A program made the position numbers and the translations under genes. The notes under the pieces are model-generated. The model saw only the letters and a list, made by a program, of their open reading frames with translations, did not search any database and had not been told where the DNA came from. 59,345 bases of DNA from NCBI GenBank assembly GCA_041640515.1, contig JBEQAD010000002.1, positions 11,131 to 70,475 on the forward strand, given 5' to 3'. Shown piece after piece: positions 46,929 through 55,837 of the stretch. The DNA comes from Saprospiraceae bacterium. Lineage in GTDB: Bacteria > Bacteroidota > Bacteroidia > Chitinophagales > Saprospiraceae. Each line of letters begins with the position of its first letter. The stretch's first letter is position 1.

Positions 46929-48233
46929 TTAAGGAGCAGGCATGCGGCGCACGCGCACGGTCAGGAGAAGGACTATGCTAACGATAAACAAACTACCCAA
47001 TACCAATACACTGCTGCGCATTCCGCCAAACAACTGGGCCACCAGGCCAAACACCAGGGTACCAAAGACAGTGGACACCTTATCCATGACGTCGTAGAAG
47101 CTGAAAAAAGACGTCGTCTCCCCTGTATCCTCCGGCAAGAATTTGGCGTACGTGCTGCGCGAAAGCGCCTGCACACCGCCCATCACCAACCCAATAGCTC
47201 CTCCTAAGGCAAAGACCTGCTCCTCCGTTCGGACGCCGTAGCCAAACACACAAACTAACGTCCAGATAACCAACATAGTGAGTAAAGAAGTCCGGTTGCC
47301 CTTCCAGACCGATAATCGCGACGATAAGTAGGCCCCCCCGATGGCCACCAGCTGTAACAGGAGCACCAACACAATAAGGCGCGATTTTTCCATCTGCATC
47401 TCTTTGTCGGCAAAACTCGAAGCCAAAAAGAGAATGGCCTGTACCCCAGCGTTATAGCAAAAAAAGCAAACCAAAAATCGCACGGTGTTGCCGCTCTGTC
47501 GCAAGATGCGGAAGGCTTTTCGAATTTCCTCGTAGCCCTTTTTCAACACCCCGTCCGACATGGGGGCAGAACGGTCGGGGGGCAACCGCCGGAAGGGAAT
47601 CTGTGCAAACCCTAACCACCACACACCTACACTAACAAAAGCCCAGCGAATGGCCGACACCTCTGAAGCAAAGCCAAATGAGTCGTACTTCAGTATCATG
47701 GCTAAGTTGACCAGCAGCAGAATCACGCTGCCCGCAAAGCCATAAATAAATCCTTGCGCACTGACGATGTCGTAGCGATCTTCTGTAGCAATGTCGGGTA
47801 GATAAGCGTTGTAGAACACGATGCCACCGGCAAAGCCCACAGTGGCCAACACAAAGCCTGCTATACCTAACCAGAGCATGTGTGGGCCATTAAAAAAGAA
47901 GAGACTAGCACAAGAAAGCGCTCCTAAGAAGGTGAAGACGCGCATGAAGCGCATTTTGCGCCCTCCGTAGTCGGCAATGCCGGAGAGAATGGGCGATAGC
48001 ACTGCAATAAACAGATAGGCTAGCGAAATACACCAGGCCATGAGCGACTCGTCGCGCACACGAATACCGCTGATATTGACGCGGTCAGGAGCTAAAGCCA
48101 AGAAGTAGGGAGGGAAAATGGCTACCGTAATCACCAAGGCATATGCACTGTTGGCCCAATCAAAAAAAGCCCAGCCGCGAATGACGCGTCGATCGTTTTT
48201 CTGGAGTTTAATGGGCGCACTGTTGATAGGCAC
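46929..48233 (-). CDS. MFS transporter (UMF1 / Atg22-like family)
   Basis: 434 aa with about 12 TM segments and an N-terminal WAFFDWANSAY motif typical of UMF1. Confidence 0.82.
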   Translation of the reverse strand: MPINSAPIKLQKNDRRVIRGWAFFDWANSAYALVITVAIFPPYFLALAPDRVNISGIRVRDESLMAWCISLAYLFIAVLSPILSGIADYGGRKMRFMRVFTFLGALSCASLFFFNGPHMLWLGIAGFVLATVGFAGGIVFYNAYLPDIATEDRYDIVSAQGFIYGFAGSVILLLVNLAMILKYDSFGFASEVSAIRWAFVSVGVWWLGFAQIPFRRLPPDRSAPMSDGVLKKGYEEIRKAFRILRQSGNTVRFLVCFFCYNAGVQAILFLASSFADKEMQMEKSRLIVLVLLLQLVAIGGAYLSSRLSVWKGNRTSLLTMLVIWTLVCVFGYGVRTEEQVFALGGAIGLVMGGVQALSRSTYAKFLPEDTGETTSFFSFYDVMDKVSTVFGTLVFGLVAQLFGGMRSSVLVLGSLFIVSIVLLLTVRVRRMPAP

Positions 48234-48310
48234 AGTAGGTTCGTTTCGTTATATAGTGATAAGAGGAGTATCCTCAATGTGTTGCCTCCGCCACAGAGGG
48301 AGCGCACCCT

Positions 48311-49867
48311 CTACAGCCAGCCCTTAGTCTTGCGCCGGCGCGAGCTGCCGCCTCCCACTCCCAGCACTCCTAACAGGCCGCGCGTGAGCTCGCGTACGAT
48401 GGTGCTGCCTATCTGACGCGTCGTTGGGCTATTGAGCACCTTTTCGAACGTGCTCTTTTCCTGCCGAGTGCCACGACCCGATCCCGCCTCCTTGGGCGGG
48501 GTTCGCTCTTGTGCTTCTTGAATTTTTTCGGCCAAAATCTCATAGGCACTTTGGCGATCAACTTCCTGGTTGTACTTGCGGATAAGTTTCGACCTGGTTA
48601 TGATTTGGTCAATTTCCGCCGGTGTAAGTACATCCATGCGCGTTTCAGGAGGACGCACCAGCACATGCGCTAGCGGCGTAGGAATGCCTTTTTCGTTCAG
48701 CGCGCTCACCAGCGCCTCACCAATGCCCAAATGGGTGAGCAGGTCTTCTGTTTTGTACCAAGGGGTGATGGGATAGTTCTCCGCAGCCAGTTTGATGGCT
48801 TTTCGGTCTTTAGCCGTAAAGGCACGCAAAGCATGCTGTACCTTCAAGCCCAGTTGCGCTAAGATGCTTTGCGGAATATCCACCGGGTTTTGAGTAATGA
48901 AAAAGATGCCCACGCCTTTAGAGCGTATAAGTTTGATGATGGCCTCCATTTGCTGCATAAGCGCAGGGGTAGCTTCTTGAAAGACCAAATGTGCCTCGTC
49001 GATGAAAATGCACAGCTTGGGATGGTCGAGGTCACCCTCTTCGGGGAAAGAGGCATAAATTTCAGCCAGCATCTGCAACATGAACGTGCTAAATAACTTG
49101 GGGCGGTCTTGAATGTCGGTCAAACGGACGATATGCATGACGCCCCCTCCGTTTTCATCGGTGCGACAGAGGTCTTGCACATCGAAGGACAGCTCGCCGA
49201 AAAAGCGCTCAGCGCCTTGCTGTTCTAACTCGATGACCTTGCGCAGGATAGTGGCAGCCGTAGCGGAGCTAAATTGTCCGTATTCAGCCTCGATTTCTTT
49301 CTTTCCTTCATTGCCCAAATATTGCAACACTTTTTTGAAGTCTTTCAGGTCGAGCAATGGCAGACCGTGGTCATCGCAAAACTTGAAAATAACAGCCACT
49401 ACTCCACCCTGAGTATCGTTAAGGCCAAGAATGCGGCTGAAGAGCACCGGCCCAAACTCGCTAACGGTAGCCCGCAGCCGAGCGCCCTTTTCTTCGGAAA
49501 GGGAAAGGAATTCTACTGTAATTCGGGCAGGCTTCCAGGTAAGGCCGATTTTGGCTGCGCGCTCCGTAATTTTGGAGTTTTCTGTGCCCGGCATAGCAAT
49601 ACCTGAAAGATCGCCTTTGATATCCATCAGCAAGGTAGGCACGCCATTAGCCGCCAATTGCTCTGCAATAACCTGCAGCGTTTTGGTTTTGCCGGTACCC
49701 GTAGCACCTGCAATAAGGCCGTGGCGGTTCATAGTACGCAGCGGAATTTTTACCTGCAAGCCCGGTATAGCTTCCCCGTCGAGCATGGCACCACCCAACA
49801 CGAAGGAAGGGCCTGTGAAGGTGTATCCTTTAGTGATTTCAGCGGTAAAGGCTTCCTGTTTTTGCAT
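48311..49867 (-). CDS. HerA-like P-loop ATPase (DUF853 / YjgR family)
   Basis: Walker A GATGTGKT and Walker B CIFIDEAH. The basic C-terminal tail is typical of DUF853. I chose the ATG at 49867 (MQKQEAF...). Confidence 0.85.
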   Translation of the reverse strand: MQKQEAFTAEITKGYTFTGPSFVLGGAMLDGEAIPGLQVKIPLRTMNRHGLIAGATGTGKTKTLQVIAEQLAANGVPTLLMDIKGDLSGIAMPGTENSKITERAAKIGLTWKPARITVEFLSLSEEKGARLRATVSEFGPVLFSRILGLNDTQGGVVAVIFKFCDDHGLPLLDLKDFKKVLQYLGNEGKKEIEAEYGQFSSATAATILRKVIELEQQGAERFFGELSFDVQDLCRTDENGGGVMHIVRLTDIQDRPKLFSTFMLQMLAEIYASFPEEGDLDHPKLCIFIDEAHLVFQEATPALMQQMEAIIKLIRSKGVGIFFITQNPVDIPQSILAQLGLKVQHALRAFTAKDRKAIKLAAENYPITPWYKTEDLLTHLGIGEALVSALNEKGIPTPLAHVLVRPPETRMDVLTPAEIDQIITRSKLIRKYNQEVDRQSAYEILAEKIQEAQERTPPKEAGSGRGTRQEKSTFEKVLNSPTTRQIGSTIVRELTRGLLGVLGVGGGSSRRRKTKGWL

Positions 49868-50195
49868 GGGCGCTCGCGTTTTTAAGTTGTTTAAGCCAAT
49901 CGGCAATGATTTTAGCATCCTCGGAGGTAAAGTGTGGGATAGGCTGCATGGGCGGGTAATCGGGCCAGCGTTCTGGCTTAGGCTGACGCACCAGGATGAC
50001 CAGTTGTCTGGCAGTGTATCCGCGCTTCGACATCTCTGCCCAACTGGGCCCTATCAACCGCGCTTCGTGAGCATGGCAGGTAGTACAAGCATACTTGCCC
50101 ATGACCCGCTTCACTTCAGCGGGCATGAGCTGTGCTGTAGCCAGGCTCACCCCCATGGCTGTCAGAGAAAAGAGGATCAAGATGACTCGTTTCAT
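49839..50195 (-). CDS. class I c-type cytochrome
   Basis: 118 aa. Signal peptide, a CTTCH heme-binding motif and a distal Met (PPM). Confidence 0.8.
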   Translation of the reverse strand: MKRVILILFSLTAMGVSLATAQLMPAEVKRVMGKYACTTCHAHEARLIGPSWAEMSKRGYTARQLVILVRQPKPERWPDYPPMQPIPHFTSEDAKIIADWLKQLKNASAHAKTGSLYR

Positions 50196-50200
50196 TTCGG

Positions 50201-50208
50201 CAAAAGTA
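50201..50208 (-). promoter_or_regulatory. -7 box (TActTTTG) 5 nt upstream of the cytochrome c ATG
   Basis: Plus strand reads caaaagta. The spacing implies a leaderless or near-leaderless mRNA. Confidence 0.4.
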
Positions 50209-50395
50209 AGCCGCCCAACGCACTGCCGCGCTACATTGTATTATTACCTCACCTGAAGCGTTGACCACTACATGATGTTGAAAAAATACCTGTTGCCTCG
50301 ATGTCAGAAAAGGAGGTACCGCTGCGTTTGTGGTCGCATTGGCTGCATGGGCGAGTAATCATCTGGCCCAAGCAGTAATGCAACCGGAGAAGCCA

Positions 50396-50403
50396 TACCT
50401 TTG
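50396..50403 (+). promoter_or_regulatory. -7 box (TAccTTTG) upstream of the S41 peptidase gene
   Basis: tacctttg overlaps the track's TTG start (50401), which argues for the ATG at 50437. Confidence 0.45.
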
Positions 50404-50436
50404 TTACTTTCATTTTTAAATCGCCTTTACGAAACT

Positions 50437-52632
50437 ATGACACGCTTTCCTTTAGCCGCGGGCGACGATGGCTATGAACCAAGCTACACGGACATGAAAT
50501 GGAAACCCACCTTGCTGCTCTTCTCTTTCCTGGGTCTGCTGGGCACTGTACTGTGGCTGAACCGCCAGGAAATTTGGCCCAATACCACTGGGTATAATCC
50601 TCAGAAAGAGGCCCTCCTCATGCGTGGGATTCTGGAAGGGCTACAGCGCTACCATTACGAGCCGAAGGCCATTGACGACCAGTTCTCTCGCCAAGTCTTT
50701 CACTTCTATCTCAAGCAATTAGACAGCGGCAAGCGCTTTTTCACTCAGGCCGACATTGATCAGCTGCTTGCTTATGAAACCCAACTCGACGACCAGGCAC
50801 GTGCCGGTGTTTTTACTTTCTTTGACCGCACCATGGAGCTGTACGATCAGGCGCTGCAAAAGACGCAAACATGGTACCGCCAGTTATTAAGCCAGCCCAT
50901 GGACTTTTCCGCGGAAGCCTACGTCGAAGTGGATGGGGAAAAAGTCGGTTGGACACGCAACGAAGAGGAGCTGCGCCAGCGCTGGGAATTGTGGCTCAAA
51001 TACGAAGTGCTCAATCGGCTGCACGAGATGCTCAACGCACAGGAAAAGCCTGACTTCACTGGCGAAAAGAAACGCTTAGAAGTGCTGGAAGCAGAAGCGC
51101 GTCAGAAGGTGCTTGAAGTATACGATCGCTGGTTTAAGCGTCTTCAACGACGCGATCGCGACCGCCGCTTGGAAAGTTACTTAAATGCCTTCATTGGCGT
51201 ATTCGACCCACATTCCGGCTATTTCTCTCCTCAAGAAAAAGCCGATTTCGACGTCAATATGTCCGGCAAATTAGAGGGTATTGGCGCCCGCCTACAAAGC
51301 GACGGAGAAAAGACCACTGTCATCGAGATCGTGCCCGGTGGCCCAGCATGGAAGCAAAAAGAGCTGGAAGTTAAGGACGTCATCCTCAAAGTGGGTCAGG
51401 GCGACGAAGAACCTGTGGACGTCATGGGTATGGAAATTGGAGACGTGGTGGCCAAAATTCGCGGCCCTAAAGGCACTACCGTTCGACTCACAGTGCAAAA
51501 GCCAGACGGCGCCATTAAAGTGATTTCTATTGTCCGCGATGTCGTCATCACAGAGGAAGCCATGGCCAAGTCCTTGCTAATCAGCACTAAGAACAGCAAC
51601 GACAAAATTGGCTATATCTACCTTCCCAAGTTTTACGCCGACTTTACGCCGCAAGGCGTCACCTCCTGCGCCGAAGATGTAGCCAAGGAAATCGAGAAAC
51701 TCAAGCGTGAAAATGTAAAGGGTATCATTCTCGACCTGCGCAATAATGGCGGTGGCTCGTTGCGCGACGTAGTGCGCATGTCGGGTTTTTTCATCGAAAA
51801 CGGCCCTATCGTCCAGGTGAAGAGCCGCGGCCGTGCCCCCGAAATCAATGAAGATACCGACCCACGCGTGCAGTATAATGGCCCGCTCATCATTATGGTT
51901 AATGGTGGAAGCGCCTCCGCTTCAGAAATCATTGCCGCAGCTCTGCAAGATTACGGCCGAGCCGTCATCGTAGGCGCCAACTTCACCTATGGCAAAGGCA
52001 CCGTACAGCGCTTCTGGGATTTGGATTACTCTACTTCCGACCCTAGCGTCAAGCCTTTAGGGCAGATGAAGGTCACTATTCAAAAGTTTTACCGTATCAC
52101 CGGACAGACGACCCAACTGGAAGGCGTAAAGCCAGATATCATCTTGCCCGACAACTATAACTATCTGGATTACGGCGAACGCGAAAACGACTACGCGCTG
52201 CCCGCTACCAGCATTGACCCGCTGACCTTTAGCCAGAAGGTGTACAACGTAGGTCCTGTGCTCCACCAGCTGAAAAAAGAAAGCAGCCGCCGCGTCAAGG
52301 CCGACTCGACATTTAAAAAAATAGAGGAAAACGCCCAGCGCCTCCGCCAGCAAAAAGACAGAACCCGCATCTCCGTGCAGTTGCAGACCTTCCGAAGCCA
52401 GGAAAAAAAGATGGAAGAAGAGTCGAAGCGTTTTGAAAACTTGCTCACTCCTATCGAAGATTTCACTATTTCTAACCTGTCTGCTGACCTAACCCACATT
52501 CAAAGTGACACCTCGCGCGCTTCGCGTAATGAAGCCTGGCTGAAAGAGCGCCAAAAGGACATCCAGCTGTACGAAACCCTGCGCATCATGCAGGACATGA
52601 TTCGGCTCAACAGCCTAGCCTCTAAAAAATAG
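50437..52632 (+). CDS. carboxy-terminal processing peptidase (S41, Tsp/Prc-like) with PDZ domain
   Basis: TM/signal region KWKPTLLLFSFLGLLGTVLWL, a PDZ domain, and an S41 core with GGSASASEI (Ser nucleophile). ATG at 50497 is an alternative start. Confidence 0.9.
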   Translation: MTRFPLAAGDDGYEPSYTDMKWKPTLLLFSFLGLLGTVLWLNRQEIWPNTTGYNPQKEALLMRGILEGLQRYHYEPKAIDDQFSRQVFHFYLKQLDSGKRFFTQADIDQLLAYETQLDDQARAGVFTFFDRTMELYDQALQKTQTWYRQLLSQPMDFSAEAYVEVDGEKVGWTRNEEELRQRWELWLKYEVLNRLHEMLNAQEKPDFTGEKKRLEVLEAEARQKVLEVYDRWFKRLQRRDRDRRLESYLNAFIGVFDPHSGYFSPQEKADFDVNMSGKLEGIGARLQSDGEKTTVIEIVPGGPAWKQKELEVKDVILKVGQGDEEPVDVMGMEIGDVVAKIRGPKGTTVRLTVQKPDGAIKVISIVRDVVITEEAMAKSLLISTKNSNDKIGYIYLPKFYADFTPQGVTSCAEDVAKEIEKLKRENVKGIILDLRNNGGGSLRDVVRMSGFFIENGPIVQVKSRGRAPEINEDTDPRVQYNGPLIIMVNGGSASASEIIAAALQDYGRAVIVGANFTYGKGTVQRFWDLDYSTSDPSVKPLGQMKVTIQKFYRITGQTTQLEGVKPDIILPDNYNYLDYGERENDYALPATSIDPLTFSQKVYNVGPVLHQLKKESSRRVKADSTFKKIEENAQRLRQQKDRTRISVQLQTFRSQEKKMEEESKRFENLLTPIEDFTISNLSADLTHIQSDTSRASRNEAWLKERQKDIQLYETLRIMQDMIRLNSLASKK

Positions 52633-52660
52633 ACCTACCCTCAGACCGCATGGGCACAAG

Positions 52661-52700
52661 GGGCTATCCCAGCGTTTCGGGATGGCCCTTTGTTTTTTTA
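52661..52700 (+). terminator. intrinsic terminator after the S41 peptidase gene
   Basis: gggctatccc (52661-52670) pairs with gggatggccc (52679-52688, one G-U pair), followed by tttgttttttt. Confidence 0.75.
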
Positions 52701-52733
52701 TTCCGAAATTTTCTTCATATTTTTTTCCGCCCG

Positions 52734-52763
52734 TTGGTTAATATACTGACTTTTATACCTTTG
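52734..52763 (+). promoter_or_regulatory. promoter: -33 TTG (52734-52736), 19-nt spacer, -7 box TAccTTTG (52756-52763)
   Basis: Both elements are present with canonical spacing. This predicts a ~125-nt leader before the ATG at 52897. Confidence 0.45.
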
Positions 52764-52896
52764 CCTTTGCTTTAGGCGCCGATAATCGGTTTTGAGGTGC
52801 CGTCTTCTATTTAATCCATCTCCTCTTTCACTGCCGTTCAGCCCTCCTTAGCTTCTCCTCTGCCAGGAGGCTAACGACAAAAATCCGTTTCTAACC

Positions 52897-53409
52897 ATGA
52901 GCGATTCAAGCAGTAGTCGCCCCACCAAATGGTCTTTTCTTCCCCTCTCGTTCCTTTTGTTGCTGGTTGTTGGTCTGGGTGCTGCGTTTCGGCCAGTGCG
53001 TACTTTGAACGCCGAAATGCTCCAGATGCGCGAACAAATCGTGCAGTATGCCCAGACGTTTGTTGGCACGCCCTATCGCTATGCAAGCCGCAGCCCTGAA
53101 AAAGGCTTCGATTGTTCCGGGTTCACCAGCTTCATCCTCTCCAAATTCGATGTTCCCCTCTCACCCAGTTCACGCATGCAAGCCTTGCAAGGCCGACGTG
53201 TGGCTTTGAGCGAGGTGGTAGCTGGCGACCTGTTGTTTTTTGGCCGCAACGGCTACATCCAACATGTAGCCTTAGTAGTTGAGCACACGCCCGGGGGCAT
53301 CGTTTGCATTCACAGCACACGCCGCGGCGTCGTGTTGGAAAATGTGCACGCCTCTTCATATTGGCGTCCGCGCATCTTGTTCGCTCGCGATGTGCTGGGC
53401 GAGCGCTAA
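52897..53409 (+). CDS. NlpC/P60 (C40) family cell-wall peptidase, membrane-anchored
   Basis: 170 aa. TM anchor, catalytic GFDCSGF and His in HVALVV. Confidence 0.85.
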   Translation: MSDSSSSRPTKWSFLPLSFLLLLVVGLGAAFRPVRTLNAEMLQMREQIVQYAQTFVGTPYRYASRSPEKGFDCSGFTSFILSKFDVPLSPSSRMQALQGRRVALSEVVAGDLLFFGRNGYIQHVALVVEHTPGGIVCIHSTRRGVVLENVHASSYWRPRILFARDVLGER

Positions 53410-53544
53410 GTGACAGCAGCCTACTGCGCATTTTGCTGACAAGAGGCCATAAGTGGCAGAAAAAGGCCGCCTGTGCGAAAGTCGAGGGCACCAAAAGAGA
53501 CTACCCTTATAACGAACGCTACTTGACAAAACGAAAAGCGAATT

Positions 53545-53576
53545 GGTTGCTGGATGGAGTCCGGCAACCATTTTTG
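53545..53576 (+). terminator. intrinsic terminator between the two NlpC/P60 genes
   Basis: ggttgctgg (53545-53553) pairs with ccggcaacc (53561-53569, one G-U pair), followed by aTTTTTg. Confidence 0.6.
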
Positions 53577-53642
53577 TATATGAAACCTATAGACTCAAGC
53601 GTTTGTGATGGGTTGTTTGATCTAAATCTCGGTTTCGCTCGC

Positions 53643-54164
53643 ATGCTTTCCCCCGCCTTTTTTCGCCTGGTTACCCTTGGTCTTCTGATTGGGCTTGTCG
53701 TGCTGAACTGTACGCCTGCGCGCAAGATGACTAGCCCTGCCGGCACATCGCCCGCCGAAGCGGCCGAGAATCGGCTGCGCCGCGATATTGTCCAGTATGC
53801 CCTTCAGCTGCGCGGCACCGCTTACCGTTATGCCGGAAAAGAGCCCTCCACCGGCTTCGATTGCTCCGGATTTACCAGCTATGTCCTGCGCCAGTTCGAC
53901 ATCCCTGTTTCACCGGCATCGTCTCTTCAAGCGCGCGAAGGAACAGCCATACCCCTGCAACAGGTGCAGCCCGGCGACATCATCGTCTTTGGTAAGAATA
54001 CGCGCAACATTCAGCACGTAGCCCTGGTGGTGGAAAGGCGGCCCGAAGGCATCATCGTGGTGCACAGTACCACGACGCGCGGCGTTGTTTTAGAAAATAT
54101 CTCCACCTCTGCTTATTGGCAACCACTCATCCTGGAAGCCCGCGATGTTATCCGTCGCCGCTGA
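53643..54164 (+). CDS. NlpC/P60 (C40) family cell-wall peptidase, lipoprotein-like paralog
   Basis: MLSPAFFRLVTLGLLIGLVVLNC signal, GFDCSGF, HVALVV. It is colinear with the upstream paralog. ATG at 53580 is an alternative start. Confidence 0.85.
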   Translation: MLSPAFFRLVTLGLLIGLVVLNCTPARKMTSPAGTSPAEAAENRLRRDIVQYALQLRGTAYRYAGKEPSTGFDCSGFTSYVLRQFDIPVSPASSLQAREGTAIPLQQVQPGDIIVFGKNTRNIQHVALVVERRPEGIIVVHSTTTRGVVLENISTSAYWQPLILEARDVIRRR

Positions 54165-54195
54165 GCTCAGCGTGCTGAAGATACCGCTCTTTTAC

Positions 54196-54203
54196 TATTT
54201 TTG
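54196..54203 (+). promoter_or_regulatory. -7 box (TAttTTTG) upstream of the 99-aa ORF
   Basis: tatttttg lies 21 nt upstream of the ATG at 54224. Confidence 0.4.
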
Positions 54204-54223
54204 AAAGTGAAACGAGCGCGGTT

Positions 54224-54523
54224 ATGGTCATTAAACGCATTCGCCCCCAACGAACGCAGGACAAATACTATCTCTCTCGCCTCTTCGATGCTCTCCTGCA
54301 AGCACTCGAAGAAGGACCCATGCAGCTCCAGATGAGAACACTAAGCTACAATACTCAAGTGCCCGAACAAGTCCTCACACGCCTACGCCAATGGCACCAA
54401 CACCCCGACGACGCCGACGTCCGAGCCGCCGATTTCCATCTTTTGTTCTCCCACATCCTGATTCGCTACCCTACGATAAAAATGTTCGAACTGCCCGATG
54501 GCTCCTTCTTCTTCGAAATGTGA
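54224..54523 (+). CDS. small hypothetical protein (99 aa)
   Basis: Clean ORF with its own canonical -7 box. I recognise no family. Confidence 0.45.
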   Translation: MVIKRIRPQRTQDKYYLSRLFDALLQALEEGPMQLQMRTLSYNTQVPEQVLTRLRQWHQHPDDADVRAADFHLLFSHILIRYPTIKMFELPDGSFFFEM

Positions 54524-54573
54524 ACTAAACCCCTCTCGCCTTGTTCGTAAGCGCAAAGTAATTGCTGTCGCAT

Positions 54574-55182
54574 ATGGAAAACACAACCAAAGGCCCCGTC
54601 ATGCTCTACACGGAGCAAACACCTAATCCAGAGGCCCTCAAATACGTCACTAATCGACTGCTTCACCGGGGGATTGCCGACTTTAAAGACAAGGACTTAG
54701 CTGCTCAGTGGAGCCCCATGGCCAGCGCGCTCATGGAACTGCCCTATGTGAAGAGCGTTTATTTCAACAACAATTACATTACCATCACCAAAGAGTTAAA
54801 TTACGACTGGGCCGATATCATGCTGCGGCTCAAAGAGTTCATTAAAGATTACCTGGAAAAAGGCGGGGAAATCATCCGAGAAGGTTTTGCCGAGTTCTGG
54901 GACAAGTATATGGCCGAACAAAATGCCGTTCAGTTCTCAGGCGAAGAAGGTGAAATTGCCCGCCGGGTAAAAGAGCTCATCGATACCTATGTGAAACCTG
55001 CCGTGGAGATGGACGGTGGCAATATCGAGTTCAAAGCCTTTGAAAAAGGCCGCGTTTATGTAACCATGCAAGGCTCGTGCAGCGGCTGCCCGTCTTCCAC
55101 CGTTACGCTCAAAGCAGGTATCGAAGGCATGCTTAAACGCATGGTGCCCGAAGTGACAGAGGTTATTCAGGAGATGGAATAG
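54574..55182 (+). CDS. NifU-like Fe-S cluster scaffold/carrier (Nfu N-domain plus NifU C-domain)
   Basis: MENTTKGPVMLYTEQTPNPEALKYV (Nfu_N) and a C-terminal CSGCPSS CxxC motif. Confidence 0.88.
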   Translation: MENTTKGPVMLYTEQTPNPEALKYVTNRLLHRGIADFKDKDLAAQWSPMASALMELPYVKSVYFNNNYITITKELNYDWADIMLRLKEFIKDYLEKGGEIIREGFAEFWDKYMAEQNAVQFSGEEGEIARRVKELIDTYVKPAVEMDGGNIEFKAFEKGRVYVTMQGSCSGCPSSTVTLKAGIEGMLKRMVPEVTEVIQEME

Positions 55183-55286
55183 GGCTGTTAGGGCTTTATT
55201 TATCGTTTACGCTGCGTTACAAAGAGAAAAATTCCTCACTTGTATATTTAAAGAGTCGCCATATCTTCGCCGCCAAGGCAAAAGCC

Positions 55287-55760
55287 ATGAGTACCATTCA
55301 TCAATTTCGCGTGGAAGGACTTGACGGAGACGTGATAGACTTCGCGGCGTTTGCAGGTAAAAAGATATTGATCGTAAACGTAGCCTCGGAATGCGGTTAC
55401 ACGCCTCAATATCAACAACTTCAGGAATTGCATACTCATTTTAGCGACCGGTTGGCTGTGGTAGGTTTTCCATCCAATGACTTTGGAGGACAAGAACCCG
55501 GCGACGCCTCGCAAATACGGCAGTTTTGCAGCACCCGTTTTGGCGTATCGTTTCCTTTAGCCGCCAAGGTGCATATTAAACCTCCTCATACCCATCCAGT
55601 GTATCGCTGGCTGACTTCTGCCGTTGAGAATGGCCATTCGGACAGTACCGTTTCCTGGAATTTTCAAAAATACCTGCTCGACGAAAACGGATGCCTCCTT
55701 GCCGTTTTCCCTCCAGCCTGCGAGCCACTCGACCCGTCCATCCTCGCGTATCTTTCTTAA
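55287..55760 (+). CDS. glutathione peroxidase (Cys type)
   Basis: NVASECGYT, FPSNDFGGQEPG and WNFQKYL motifs. The catalytic residue is encoded by TGC, not TGA. Confidence 0.92.
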   Translation: MSTIHQFRVEGLDGDVIDFAAFAGKKILIVNVASECGYTPQYQQLQELHTHFSDRLAVVGFPSNDFGGQEPGDASQIRQFCSTRFGVSFPLAAKVHIKPPHTHPVYRWLTSAVENGHSDSTVSWNFQKYLLDENGCLLAVFPPACEPLDPSILAYLS

Positions 55761-55837
55761 TCGAGCCGAATTAATGTCCAGCGCCAGGTGGGGCGCGGCT
55801 ATGATCGGCCTAATTGGAAAGCGAGCAGGACAAATTC

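Noticed and set aside
49431-50264. 277-aa plus-strand ORF spanning the DUF853 and cytochrome c genes
   Set aside because: It is antisense to two well-supported genes and has Pro/Ser/Arg-rich junk composition. It is a long-ORF artefact.
55287-55760. Selenocysteine recoding in glutathione peroxidase
   Set aside because: The catalytic position is encoded by TGC (Cys, in ASECG), not by an in-frame TGA.
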